Positions 39,487 to 50,333 are shown, counted from the first letter of the stretch. The stretch: DNA of 64,000 nt from Candidatus Hermodarchaeota archaeon (GCA_048885525.1 JBHLLP010000003.1:64001-128000), one strand, 5' to 3'. Numbers and translations: made by a program. The notes: generated by a model from the letters alone, not told the origin.

Positions 39487-40689
39487 TTACAGCTTTTTTT
39501 TCTTTTTTTTTAAGAGATCTAAATTCGCATCAAGATCAAACATAACACTCACACGTCCAGAACCAATTGGGCTAATTTGACCCACAATCACGTTTTCTGG
39601 TATCCCAAGTAAACGTTCTTCTTCTCCATAAAGACCAGCATCAAGTAGTTGATTAACAGTAACCTCAAAAGCAGCTCTTGCAAACACACTTGATTTTGAA
39701 CCTGAAATTCCATGTCTTCCAATAGATTGAATTGATCCAGAATAACACATTAGATCTGCTAAAATTAGGAGATGCCTCAAATCTACATCTAATCCTTGTT
39801 GTTCTAAGACTTTTTGAGATTCTAATATTATCATTCGACGTGCTGCTTCTACGCCATAAAGTTTTTCTATTTCATGAATGTGGTTTGACACAGTTCTTGT
39901 TATATCTACTCCTTCAATTTGTATTACACTTTGCATATTAGTACCTTCAGTTTTAATTATCCATTCTTTACTATCATCTGAAGGAGTCAATAATCCCCTC
40001 TTTACACCCCTAATCCCTTTTACAACTTTTTTAAGTATCTTTTCTCTTAATTTTTGCAGACTCTGCAGATCTTCTATTCCAGGATCTATAATTATAGAAT
40101 TTCCTTCGCGTTTTATTGTTCCTTTCTTTTTATAACGTTTTAAGATTTCTGGAATTTCGTTAATTTCAATTCCTTTTTTTTCACAAATTTCTGGTATTAA
40201 ATTGATAACAATATTCCAATTCACAAAATCTAAATCAACATCATGAGTAATTTGCTCTATGCGTATTTGTTCAATACGGTTATGAACATCAATTGCTTTA
40301 TCTTCGCTTTCATTATATGGTTCCTCAAGATAGATCGTCATTTGTGGTGTACTAGGAAACCTTCTCGCATCAACAATTTCTATTAGCCGAGGGAGTCCCT
40401 GTGTAACAGAGAACTCTTCTACTCCCGCATAATGAAAGGTACGTAACGTCATTTGAGTTCCAGGTTCACCAATTGATTGAGCAGCTACAGTACCCACAGG
40501 TTCTGAAGTTTCGACAAGAGCATTGGTAAAATTAATATATATTTTGTTTAATAAATACTCAAGTTGTTCCTCTTCTAAATCCTCGTCAATTAGTCTTTCC
40601 CTAATTTTATTTATTAAATCATCGGGAATTCCATCTTCTTTCAACATATTTAGTTGTTCTTCTAAATGCTCTGGATTTACTTTTGCCAT
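39487..40689 (-). CDS. rpoA2: RNA polymerase subunit Rpo1C (A'')
   Basis: [22 protein letters not shown] trigger loop, [13 protein letters not shown]. Confidence 0.98.
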   Translation of the reverse strand: MAKVNPEHLEEQLNMLKEDGIPDDLINKIRERLIDEDLEEEQLEYLLNKIYINFTNALVETSEPVGTVAAQSIGEPGTQMTLRTFHYAGVEEFSVTQGLPRLIEIVDARRFPSTPQMTIYLEEPYNESEDKAIDVHNRIEQIRIEQITHDVDLDFVNWNIVINLIPEICEKKGIEINEIPEILKRYKKKGTIKREGNSIIIDPGIEDLQSLQKLREKILKKVVKGIRGVKRGLLTPSDDSKEWIIKTEGTNMQSVIQIEGVDITRTVSNHIHEIEKLYGVEAARRMIILESQKVLEQQGLDVDLRHLLILADLMCYSGSIQSIGRHGISGSKSSVFARAAFEVTVNQLLDAGLYGEEERLLGIPENVIVGQISPIGSGRVSVMFDLDANLDLLKKKKKKL

Positions 40690-40720
40690 TATTCTGTTCC
40701 TTTTTTAGTTAAATAAATAT

Positions 40721-43648
40721 TTATCCTAATTTTTCTTCTTTCCATTCTAAATAAGCTTTAGTTTCCTTACCACGCCAAATTGCGTTTTTGCCAGTTTCAG
40801 CTTCAAATTCTTCTATTAAAGCTTTATCATCCACTGTTTTTTTCTTTGGTTTTGGTTTATCTGCAGTTGTTTTAACGGGTTTTTTCTCAGAAACCTGTTT
40901 TTCTTTCGTTATTGATGGTTTTTTTGTAGGGCTTTCTTTGAGTACCTTACGTACTTCTTGAACATTTAAAGCTTTAGCTTTCAATAATAAAACATCCAAA
41001 TTTACAGCAGCACCATGATCTGTGTGCATGGCATCTATACCATCGTCCCCGAAACGGAATTGAATAATATTTTTGTCAGAGTTTCTGACAGTGCCATCAT
41101 TTTCAACAATCATATCTTGTAAAGCGTTTACTAATCTCCGTTGCATATATCCAGATGTGCTTGTTCGTACAGCGGTGTCTACAAGACCCTCTCTACCTCC
41201 CATGGCATGGAAGAAAAATTCTACTGGTTTTAATCCATTTCTATAGGAAGAAGATACAAATCCTCTCGATTTGGGAGAAAGATCATTAACCTTAAAATGA
41301 GGTAATGTTCTCATACTATATCCTCGATTAATTCTCTCACCTCTAATTGCTTGTTGTCCAACAACAGCAGACATTTGGCCTAAATTTAAAATATTACCTC
41401 GAGCTCCAGATTTTGTCATGATAACAGAATGGGCTTCATCTCCAATGAATTCTGCTGCTGTTTCTTCCGCTTGTTTTCTTGCTTCCGCTAATACCTGTCT
41501 AATTCGTAATTCTAATGTTTCTCTCATTGAACGTCCAGGTGCTCTTCTAAGAATTTTTGTATCATTTTCGTAAAAAGCATTTATTAATTTCTCAGACTCT
41601 AGATTTGCATCTTTTAAAATTTTTTGAATTTCTTCATATGCATGTCCATGTACATACACTTCATCTAATCCCATTGTCATCCCATTTTGCCGAATAACAT
41701 ATAAGAGCATTTTTGTAGCACTATCTAAAAATTGCGCACCTCGAGCATTCCCATGATCTTTAATAATTCGTTGTAATATACTATTTGATTGCATAGCACC
41801 AAAAGAATTCTCATCAACAGTTCCAGTTATTAATTTACCATTTTCAATGACTACATAAGCATCATAAGAACAATTTTCTTCTTCACAGATTTCACATTTT
41901 TTACAAAATTTGGACTTGACTTTAATGTTTAGATCATCTGGAAATAATGAACTAAAAATTTCTTTGCCAGAATACATTGGTTCTGGATCAGTAATTACAG
42001 GAGTGAGTTGAACCAAACTAAAATTAGGATTATTTTTATAAATATCTCCAAAATACAACAATTTTAGGGTGTCTTTCTTATTGTATAATGAATTTTTACT
42101 CGTAAATTGGAATACGCTTGAAATAAAATCTTGGATTCCACCAAGGATTGGTCCACCAAACCGTGGAGATAATATGTGTTCTTGAACTTTGAGAAGTAAT
42201 TCTGCTTCTGTACGGGCTTCTTCACTTTGAGGTACATGTAAATTCATTTCGTCCCCATCAAAGTCGGCGTTATAGGGGGGACATACTGTTAAATTGAGTC
42301 GAAAAGTCCTTCCTTCCATTATTTTTACTTCATGAGCCATTATACTCATTCGATGAAGTGAAGGTTGCCGATTGAATAAAACCAAATCTCCATCATTAAG
42401 ATGACGTTCGATTGTAAAACCCGGTGCGAGCATATCAGCTATTATCTTTCGATTTTTTACATACCGTAAATCAATTCTTCTTCGATCATTCCGAATGATA
42501 TAATTCGCTCCTGGATGTCTAAAAGGACCATTTAAAACCATTTGCTTCATTTCTTCGATATTCCAGTCATTAACATTCGTAGGGATTGTTAAAATTTTCG
42601 CAATTTCTATTGGAACTCCTACTTCATTAATACTGATATATGGATTAGGTGATATCACACTACGGGCCGAAAAATCAACCCTTTTACCGCTTAAATTACT
42701 TCTAAATCGACCCTCCTTACCTTTCAACCTTTGAGTTAAAGTTCTAAGTGCTCTCCCAGAACGATGCCTAGCTGGAGGTATACCAGACACTTGATTATCA
42801 AAATATGTTGTAATATGATATTGTAATAATTCCCAGAGATCTTCAACTATTAAATGAGGAGCTCCTGCATCAATATTTTCTCGTAATCTTTGGTTAATTC
42901 GAATAACATCTACTAATTTATGTGTCAAGTCATCTTCGGAACGAATACCGCTATCTAAAGTAATTGATGGTCTCGCACATACTGGAGGAATTGGTAAAAC
43001 TGTAAATACGACCCATTCTAACCGTGCATTTTCGGGTGAAATGCCAAGAATCCTAAGATCTATGTCACCAATTTTCTTTAAACGTTCTAAAATCTCAATA
43101 GGTGTTATTCTCCGTGAACCTTTTCCTTCTTCCTCTTCATAAAACGTAGTTGGTTTCTCGATAATTATCTTCTTTTTAGTAGCACCACAATAAGGACAAA
43201 TTTTTGCTTTTCTTGCTCTTTTAAATACAATCTTAGCAGCATCCTCATCACCCTCGAAAAATATTTTTCGATGTGTTATTTGTTCTTGCCTGAATTTCTC
43301 TTTTTCATCTTCCGTGAGCATTAATTTGCTGCATTCCGGGCAAATGCTTCTCAAAACCTTTAAAACTTTTTTAGCATAACCTACGTGAATAACTGGACGA
43401 GCGAGTTCTATATGACCAAAATGGCCCATACAATTGCTTACTAGATTACCACAAGTCTGACATCGTTGTCCAGGCTCGATAGTACCTAATCTCTGGTCCA
43501 TCAGACCACTTGGTATTGGTAGTCCATCCTCGTCATAGGTGTCAGCAGTAATAATTCTTGCTGCAGACATCTTACGTATTTCATTTGGACTTAAGAGACC
43601 AAATTTTATTTTTTCTATCATCTTCGTCCTACTGAAGGTATAGCTCAT
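40721..43648 (-). CDS. rpoA1: RNA polymerase subunit Rpo1N (A') with C-terminal extension
   Basis: CQTC..C.GHFGHI, GKRVDFSAR, YNADFDGDEMN active site, GGREGLVDTAVRT. Confidence 0.98.
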   Translation of the reverse strand: MSYTFSRTKMIEKIKFGLLSPNEIRKMSAARIITADTYDEDGLPIPSGLMDQRLGTIEPGQRCQTCGNLVSNCMGHFGHIELARPVIHVGYAKKVLKVLRSICPECSKLMLTEDEKEKFRQEQITHRKIFFEGDEDAAKIVFKRARKAKICPYCGATKKKIIIEKPTTFYEEEEGKGSRRITPIEILERLKKIGDIDLRILGISPENARLEWVVFTVLPIPPVCARPSITLDSGIRSEDDLTHKLVDVIRINQRLRENIDAGAPHLIVEDLWELLQYHITTYFDNQVSGIPPARHRSGRALRTLTQRLKGKEGRFRSNLSGKRVDFSARSVISPNPYISINEVGVPIEIAKILTIPTNVNDWNIEEMKQMVLNGPFRHPGANYIIRNDRRRIDLRYVKNRKIIADMLAPGFTIERHLNDGDLVLFNRQPSLHRMSIMAHEVKIMEGRTFRLNLTVCPPYNADFDGDEMNLHVPQSEEARTEAELLLKVQEHILSPRFGGPILGGIQDFISSVFQFTSKNSLYNKKDTLKLLYFGDIYKNNPNFSLVQLTPVITDPEPMYSGKEIFSSLFPDDLNIKVKSKFCKKCEICEEENCSYDAYVVIENGKLITGTVDENSFGAMQSNSILQRIIKDHGNARGAQFLDSATKMLLYVIRQNGMTMGLDEVYVHGHAYEEIQKILKDANLESEKLINAFYENDTKILRRAPGRSMRETLELRIRQVLAEARKQAEETAAEFIGDEAHSVIMTKSGARGNILNLGQMSAVVGQQAIRGERINRGYSMRTLPHFKVNDLSPKSRGFVSSSYRNGLKPVEFFFHAMGGREGLVDTAVRTSTSGYMQRRLVNALQDMIVENDGTVRNSDKNIIQFRFGDDGIDAMHTDHGAAVNLDVLLLKAKALNVQEVRKVLKESPTKKPSITKEKQVSEKKPVKTTADKPKPKKKTVDDKALIEEFEAETGKNAIWRGKETKAYLEWKEEKLG

Positions 43649-43801
43649 AAATCCAAAACCTCTATATTTTCATTCATATACAAAATACCTCCAAATAACA
43701 ACCCTCATTAATAAAATTTGAAGAAGAAGTACGATTCATGGGAGAAAATATCCTCTATAACAGTTATAAAATGCTAATCTTAAAAAATAAGAGTACGAGT
43801 C
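43645..43801 (-). promoter_or_regulatory. rpoA' leader with two ATGA-coupled upstream micro-ORFs
   Basis: uORF1 43739-43674 (MNRTSSSNFINEGCYLEVFCI*) and uORF2 43677-43645 (MNENIEVLDL*), each with an SD-like motif; each stop overlaps the next start. Confidence 0.45.
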
Positions 43802-43944
43802 TTCCACTGTAAGTTAATAAAGATAACAAATATTAAAAATTTTACTGTTTTGGGCATTTTAAATTTTCGAATATATTTAAATAGGCGAATTTGCATTTGA
43901 TACTTTAAATATTTTTTTCACTAAAAAAAAAAAGAGAGGTAGAA

Positions 43945-45450
43945 ATGAAAGATTTTCAAAAAGCAAGATTATTTAGTTTAATCTTTATGAGTATTCTTAT
44001 TTTTGGATTGTTAACATTCAATGCGAAAGCAGATAATGGCCCCCCCACTCCTGAAGAAGCGTTCGGCTCTGGTCATACATTTGAAGAAGGCTATTGGGAT
44101 ACAAATGTATTTAATAATTCAAAATGGGATCACCCTGAAGTTAATAACATGACATCGTGGCTAAATAATACTTGGAATATCAAATGGATTAAAGAAGGAA
44201 ATTTTGAAATGGGTATGCTAGCATTTGTTAACAAAACACATTTTGAAATGGGAGAATATTCAACATATACAACACCAGCACAATTTTGGTGGCAACATGC
44301 TTATTTGAATGGTTCAGAAATTCTAATTGCATCAATGCATTGTGCCTGGTTTGGTTTTGATGATACTATCATAGCTGATGATAATTATACGGATGGAGAA
44401 TCCATAAATCCATTTTTTTATATGGGTGTAGCTAATAAAGAGATGCGAGAACAAGTGGGTATTTATTCAAATCCTCGAACTGAAGTAACGAATATAGAAA
44501 GAACTGTAAGTGGGCCCATCATCACATATACTTGGAGTTATAAATATAATGATATTATTTTTTATGTACCACATACCGATAATGTTAGTGGAACAAGAAT
44601 TTTTGATTGGGGTTTTGATTATGATGATCCCGGTTCTTATATTAATGGATCATCAGTAATCGGTAATCAAACTTATGTTATGTATACGTATACTTTGGAG
44701 ATAGATACAACTGCTGGTGAGGCTATCTTGCATCAAGATTATGAAATAGGAGAGTTTGGTGTTTTAATGGCAAGGATTTCAAATGTCAGCCCTTGGGTAG
44801 AGGTAGGGGATGGAGCCCCTGGATATATGCCAGATAGTTGGGCAATGGCATTAGGTACATGGAGTTTCATCATGGCAGATCAAGATTGGGCAATGACAGA
44901 TCACGAAAAAGGAGAAATTAATGCTACTGTTCATAAAACAGGTTTAACTACTGTAGAAACGACTTTAGGAGGATCTCATGCATTTGATTTTGGATTTAGT
45001 CAAAAACCAACATATGAGCTTACAGATATTGGGGGAACCACACCTAATACATATCCAGTTCTTTATGAATGCTTGGATGTTAATCATGATTCAGAATTTA
45101 TTGAATTTGTTTCAGGAATGCTTCCATTAATGGGGAATTTTGCTAGATTGGTAATTAGTTATGCTGTTAATCAAACAAATCAATTTACAAATGGAATTCC
45201 TTTTGAAGATGCATGGGACGGATTTCATCCTAATGAAACTGCAGCTTTCTTTATTACTTGTTATCCTAAGTATGGTGAGAGTGGAGGAGGAAAACTCCTT
45301 CATGATCCGGTATTTACAGCATATTTTGATGCAAGTAAAGAAAAACCGTTTATATCAGGTTATTATATTGAAATTCTGACTATAACTTTAATAGTAGGTA
45401 TATCAGTTTTTATCATTTCAAAGATGAAATTTAAAAAACTAATTCATTAG
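43945..45450 (+). CDS. Secreted surface glycoprotein with Loki-CTERM-like C-terminal anchor
   Basis: Signal peptide (AKA|D), many N-x-S/T sequons, C-terminal ISGY + TM helix + KMKFKK. Confidence 0.75.
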   Translation: MKDFQKARLFSLIFMSILIFGLLTFNAKADNGPPTPEEAFGSGHTFEEGYWDTNVFNNSKWDHPEVNNMTSWLNNTWNIKWIKEGNFEMGMLAFVNKTHFEMGEYSTYTTPAQFWWQHAYLNGSEILIASMHCAWFGFDDTIIADDNYTDGESINPFFYMGVANKEMREQVGIYSNPRTEVTNIERTVSGPIITYTWSYKYNDIIFYVPHTDNVSGTRIFDWGFDYDDPGSYINGSSVIGNQTYVMYTYTLEIDTTAGEAILHQDYEIGEFGVLMARISNVSPWVEVGDGAPGYMPDSWAMALGTWSFIMADQDWAMTDHEKGEINATVHKTGLTTVETTLGGSHAFDFGFSQKPTYELTDIGGTTPNTYPVLYECLDVNHDSEFIEFVSGMLPLMGNFARLVISYAVNQTNQFTNGIPFEDAWDGFHPNETAAFFITCYPKYGESGGGKLLHDPVFTAYFDASKEKPFISGYYIEILTITLIVGISVFIISKMKFKKLIH

Positions 45451-45560
45451 TAAAAACTAAAATATATTAAATTTCAATATCTTTTTTTTAAACAAAATAG
45501 ATATAATTTCTAACTGTTTTTAAAAGAGTTTAATTTAATACTATATTTAAATAACTATAA

Positions 45561-46169
45561 ATGAAGATAATTGACTTTTTTCGAAGTAGAATAATATTAT
45601 TTCTTATTCAAATATTACTTCTAAGCTCTTTTATTTATAGTTTGGGATACTTTTTCAAAATTAATTTTGATGCAGGTACATTAATAGAACAAGAAGTGAT
45701 TATTCAGTTTTTAGCAAATTATATCTTGTTTGATGACTTATTGGGTTTATGCTTTATTTATATAAGCTGGATAATCGTATCATTATTGCCTATTTTCATT
45801 TTTAATAATTTTAAGAAGGCATATTCGATGAATTTAATGACATTTTTCTTTCCAAATTTTTTTCTTTATGTTTTTTTATGGAAGTATTCACCAGATTATT
45901 TTAATTTAAATTTTCAATTTCATCTTTTACATACAATCTTGCTTGGATTAGTAATTATTGGGATTTCAATAGGACTTTCACTATTAATAAAGAAAATTAC
46001 TAAAAAAGAAGTAATAACTCAAATCGAAGATTTATCTATCTTAGCAAGTGAAGGCAAAAAAGTGTGTCCAAATTGTGGAACTGAATTTGAATCTGTCCCT
46101 AAATTTTGTTATAAATGTAATACAGATCTATCAATAATAACTGGTAATAATAATGGAAATAAACAATAA
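45561..46169 (+). CDS. Membrane protein with C-terminal zinc ribbon
   Basis: About four TM helices, CPNCG...FCYKC; overlaps the next gene by 17 nt. Confidence 0.75.
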   Translation: MKIIDFFRSRIILFLIQILLLSSFIYSLGYFFKINFDAGTLIEQEVIIQFLANYILFDDLLGLCFIYISWIIVSLLPIFIFNNFKKAYSMNLMTFFFPNFFLYVFLWKYSPDYFNLNFQFHLLHTILLGLVIIGISIGLSLLIKKITKKEVITQIEDLSILASEGKKVCPNCGTEFESVPKFCYKCNTDLSIITGNNNGNKQ

Positions 46170-47616
46170 AAAACAATCATTAGAGAGACTATTTAACCCG
46201 GAAAAGGTTGTAATTTTTAAAATAAATCAGAGCATTTCTTTTTTTATAGAAGGATTTAAAAGACAAGGTTTTGATTTAGAAAAGTTATTTTTAATTTCAA
46301 CAAAAGAGAAAGAGTTTTTGGGTTTAAGATGTTATAATACGATTGAGGGAATTCCAGAAGATACAATTGATCTACTAATTTTATCAATAAGGAGAGATTT
46401 GCTTATAGAGTCTTTAGAACACATTTTATCAAAAAAAAAAGTAAGGTTTATCCATATCTTTACTGCAGGAACTGGGGAATTTGATGAATTAGGTATTGAA
46501 ATTGAGCGAAAGCTAAAGAGGTTATTAGATAATCATCAATTTACAAGAGCAATAGGCCCTAATTGTATGGGTTTATATAGTCCACGTGGAAAAACTGCTT
46601 ATTATTCCTCATTTCCTGTAGAGAGAGGTAAAATTGGTCTTATATTTCAATCAGGAGATTTACATTCTAAAATGATAAAATTTGGTTCACGAAGATATAA
46701 TCTTAGGTTCTCAATTGGAATAAGTATAGGTAATTGTATAGATCTACAAATCTCAGAAATTTTGGAATATCTCAATAATGATGTTGAAACTGATGTAATA
46801 TGTGTTTATTTCGAAGGAATTTCACCATTCCACAAAAATGAGGGAAAAAGATTATTGAATATTCTTAAAAAAATGGAAAAACCAGTTTTATTTATGAGGG
46901 GTGGAAGAACTTCAAGAGGTCAAACCGCTGTTTTGACTCATACAGGAGCTATAGCGACAAAAGGTGATATTTGGAGTGCGATCTATAAACAAACCACTAT
47001 TATTGAAGTTCCTCCTTCTTTGGATGAACTAATTGAATATACTTTTCTTTTTTCAAGTTATATTTCTCGGTTTCGTACATTAAAGAAGAGTGTTATTTAC
47101 CCTAAGCAAAAAAGAGCTCTAGTAATTCTTTGGTCTGGTGGTTTTGGTATATTGGCAACAGATACCTTAATAGAGCTAGGATTAGAGTTACCTTATTTTG
47201 AAGGTGATGCTTTAGAGAAGTTAAAAGAAATATACCCAATAAAGGTTGGTAGTTTATCAAACCCTTTTGATTTACCTTGGATAACACACCAAAAAGTGCT
47301 AGTGGATGTGTGTAAATCCGCTATTAACGAGAATTTTGATTTAATACTTGTTGAAACCGATGCTTGGAAAGATATGGAAGGTGAACGTTTCAAAGGTTAT
47401 TATAATAATTTATTAGAGTTAAGAGAGTATGTTGAATCATTAAATAAGGTATTTATTATTATCCTACATCAATATCCTAGTGAATCTCAAGCAAAATTTA
47501 ATCAACTACTATTGAATAATAATTTCATTGTTTATCCTACAATTGAAGCTGCTGCTAAATCATTTTTGAAATTATATGAATATGGAAAAAAGTTAAGCAA
47601 GATAAAATCAAAATAG
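46153..47616 (+). CDS. CoA-binding protein, acyl-CoA synthetase (NDP-forming) alpha-subunit-like
   Basis: FTAGTGE, IGPNCMG, FQSG, SIGN..DL, THTGA phospho-His loop, SGG.G, SNPFD. Confidence 0.82.
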   Translation: MEINNKKQSLERLFNPEKVVIFKINQSISFFIEGFKRQGFDLEKLFLISTKEKEFLGLRCYNTIEGIPEDTIDLLILSIRRDLLIESLEHILSKKKVRFIHIFTAGTGEFDELGIEIERKLKRLLDNHQFTRAIGPNCMGLYSPRGKTAYYSSFPVERGKIGLIFQSGDLHSKMIKFGSRRYNLRFSIGISIGNCIDLQISEILEYLNNDVETDVICVYFEGISPFHKNEGKRLLNILKKMEKPVLFMRGGRTSRGQTAVLTHTGAIATKGDIWSAIYKQTTIIEVPPSLDELIEYTFLFSSYISRFRTLKKSVIYPKQKRALVILWSGGFGILATDTLIELGLELPYFEGDALEKLKEIYPIKVGSLSNPFDLPWITHQKVLVDVCKSAINENFDLILVETDAWKDMEGERFKGYYNNLLELREYVESLNKVFIIILHQYPSESQAKFNQLLLNNNFIVYPTIEAAAKSFLKLYEYGKKLSKIKSK

Positions 47617-47784
47617 TAAACAGATCCTAATTTTTTTTTATATATTTTTGTTTTTTCTCCTAATTTAATAATTCTTTAATTAAGTTCAATTTTATTTTAG
47701 AGTAAAATCTAAAAATCTAAATCTAATGTTTAACACACGTTATATAAAATAATTTCAGTCTCAGTTATTTAATAGATCATAAAA

Positions 47785-49263
47785 ATGGTTAGTGCGATGA
47801 ATAAAAAATCCTTAGATCTTTTATTTAAACCCCGAAATATTGCAATATTTGAAGCAAAAGAAAAATTTGGATATTTTATTGAGGGTTTTAAACAACAAGG
47901 ATATAATTTAGAGAAATTATTTTTAGTATCACCAGCAGAGGAAGAGATCTCTGGTATAAATTGCTATAAATCGATTGATGACATACCTGATAATGCAATC
48001 GATTTACTGATTTTAGCGGTTAGAAGAGAATTACTTATGCCATCTTTAGAAGAAATTACATCGAAAAAGAAAATCAATTTTATACATATTTTTACTGCGG
48101 GAACAGGAGAATTCGATGATATTGGTGTGAAAATTGAAAAACAATTAAAAAATTTTTTTGATAATCACACTAATATAAAAGCTATAGGTCCTAATTGTAT
48201 GGGTATTTATTGCCCCGGTGGAAAGACTGCATATCTCCCTAGATTTCCACTAGACGATGGGAATATTGGATTAATTTACCACTCTGGCGATTTACATTCA
48301 AGAGTAATAATGTACGGATATAGTAGATATCAACTTACGTTTTCAAAAGGAGTAAGTATAGGCAATTGTGTAAGTTTGCAAGTGACGGACTTTTTGGAAT
48401 ATTTTGAAAATGATAATGATATTGATATAATTAGTGTATATTTTGAAGGTTTTTCAAAATACCAAGAATCAGCAGGAAAAAAGTTATTAACTATTTTAAA
48501 AAAAATAAAAAAACCCATATTATTTTTAAGAGGAGGAATGACAGATCGCGCTCAATCAGCAGTTCAGACTCATACTGGTTCTTTAGGATCAGATGAAAGG
48601 ATATGGGAAGGAGTTTTTAAACAAACACCATTGATTGAAGTGGGAAGTTCTTTAGATGAAATGGTTGATTATTTGTTTATTTTTCATAGCTTTTTTAAAA
48701 AATATAGAGATTTAATATTTGAAGAACGAATCAAATATTTTCCTAAAGGTAATAATGTCCTAGTTATTATGTGGTCAGGGGGATTAGGAATTCTTAACAC
48801 TGATACTTTAACAAAACTAGGCTTTAATCTACCTTTATTTGAAAGTGAGATAAAACAAAGATTAATGGAAATATATCCAATTAAAGTAGGTTCTCTCAAT
48901 AACCCTTTAGATTTACCATGGATTTCCCGATCAGAAAAATATGTTGAATTATGTAAGGCTGCAATTACAGAAAATATTGATCTTATAATTATGCACACTA
49001 ATGCATTTGGTTATGAAGACAAAGAGAGGTTTGAAAGATATTACAATAATTTAAAAGAAATTCGGGATCATATTGAGTCTTTAAATAAGATTTTGATATT
49101 GATTTTGGCAGATACTCCCACTAAAATTCGTAATGATTATTATCAACTTCTTATTGATGCTAACTTTATTGTTTATCCGTCTATTGAGCGTGGTGCTAAA
49201 TCCTTCTCAAAATTGTACGAATTTGGTAAGAAAATAGAGAGATTAAATAAAGAACTTAACTAA
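47785..49263 (+). CDS. CoA-binding protein, acyl-CoA synthetase (NDP-forming) alpha-subunit-like (tandem paralogue)
   Basis: FTAGTGE, IGPNCMG, SIGN, THTGS, WSGGLG, NNPLD. Confidence 0.82.
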   Translation: MVSAMNKKSLDLLFKPRNIAIFEAKEKFGYFIEGFKQQGYNLEKLFLVSPAEEEISGINCYKSIDDIPDNAIDLLILAVRRELLMPSLEEITSKKKINFIHIFTAGTGEFDDIGVKIEKQLKNFFDNHTNIKAIGPNCMGIYCPGGKTAYLPRFPLDDGNIGLIYHSGDLHSRVIMYGYSRYQLTFSKGVSIGNCVSLQVTDFLEYFENDNDIDIISVYFEGFSKYQESAGKKLLTILKKIKKPILFLRGGMTDRAQSAVQTHTGSLGSDERIWEGVFKQTPLIEVGSSLDEMVDYLFIFHSFFKKYRDLIFEERIKYFPKGNNVLVIMWSGGLGILNTDTLTKLGFNLPLFESEIKQRLMEIYPIKVGSLNNPLDLPWISRSEKYVELCKAAITENIDLIIMHTNAFGYEDKERFERYYNNLKEIRDHIESLNKILILILADTPTKIRNDYYQLLIDANFIVYPSIERGAKSFSKLYEFGKKIERLNKELN

Positions 49264-49341
49264 TTTTTCAAAGTTTTGATTTTTAAATTTATAGATTTTC
49301 TAATGCAAAACAATTTATGTTGTTCATAATTTATTTATTCA

Positions 49342-50319
49342 ATGTTAGGAGAATTTATAGCAATTTTAGCTGTGCTAACCTTTGTTGGATCTAATGTAAT
49401 TTTTCGTAAAACAGAGCACGAGGTAACACCAGCTTTTATCAATTTTTTCAGAACTGGTATAGGCACCTTAACATTTATAATTATAATTTTATTTTTAAAT
49501 CAATCAAATCTCATTTTTATGCTTCCATGGGAATTATGGTTAGTGTTAATTTTAAGTTTCATTTTTGGACAAGTGATTGGGGATACAGCATATTTTATTG
49601 CACAAAAAGAATTAGGTACTACCATAGCTCTAGCAATTTCTATGACATTCCCTCTTTTTACTTTTATTTTATCTCTCATTTTTCTTGATCGCCAATTTAA
49701 ACTCAACTTAATTATATCATTAATTCTAATTGGAATAGGAATTACGATTATTGGAAAATCCAAAATAAATTTTAAGAATTCAATATATGAAAAAAGCACT
49801 ATCAATAAAATTTCCATTAAAACCAGATTTCAAGAATTTTTTAGTAAAAATATCATTAAAGCAATATGTTTTTGTTTTATAGCATCTCTCGGATGGGCTA
49901 TTGGTGCTGTTTTAATTGATTTTGGAATTATTCAAATAGACCAAATTATTCATGCTGAAGAATTAAGTTCTATTATAGGGAATGTTATTAGATTCCCATT
50001 TGCATTACTGATCTTAAGTGCAATGGTATGGAGAGAAAATAAAATAAAAAAAAGAAAAGAAGATTCACCAAATCAAAAGAAAAGTGTCCATACATGGATA
50101 CTACTATTGGTTGCTTCAATTTTAGGAACATCGTTAGGGGCATATCTGTATACTGAATCTGTACATATAGCTGGGGCAAGTGCGGTATCTTTGATTGCAA
50201 GTGCTGCCCCTTTATTTGCACTTCCACTAACTTATTTTATAAATAAGGAAAATATAACAAAATGGGGTTTTCTAGGTGTAATTTTGACTATTATAGGAGT
50301 AATAATTATATTATTTTAG
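49342..50319 (+). CDS. DMT/EamA family transporter
   Basis: Ten TM helices in two repeats; INFFR, P.F..ILS.IFL, PLFA....INKE. Confidence 0.88.
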   Translation: MLGEFIAILAVLTFVGSNVIFRKTEHEVTPAFINFFRTGIGTLTFIIIILFLNQSNLIFMLPWELWLVLILSFIFGQVIGDTAYFIAQKELGTTIALAISMTFPLFTFILSLIFLDRQFKLNLIISLILIGIGITIIGKSKINFKNSIYEKSTINKISIKTRFQEFFSKNIIKAICFCFIASLGWAIGAVLIDFGIIQIDQIIHAEELSSIIGNVIRFPFALLILSAMVWRENKIKKRKEDSPNQKKSVHTWILLLVASILGTSLGAYLYTESVHIAGASAVSLIASAAPLFALPLTYFINKENITKWGFLGVILTIIGVIIILF

Positions 50320-50333
50320 ATAGAATGCTTGTT

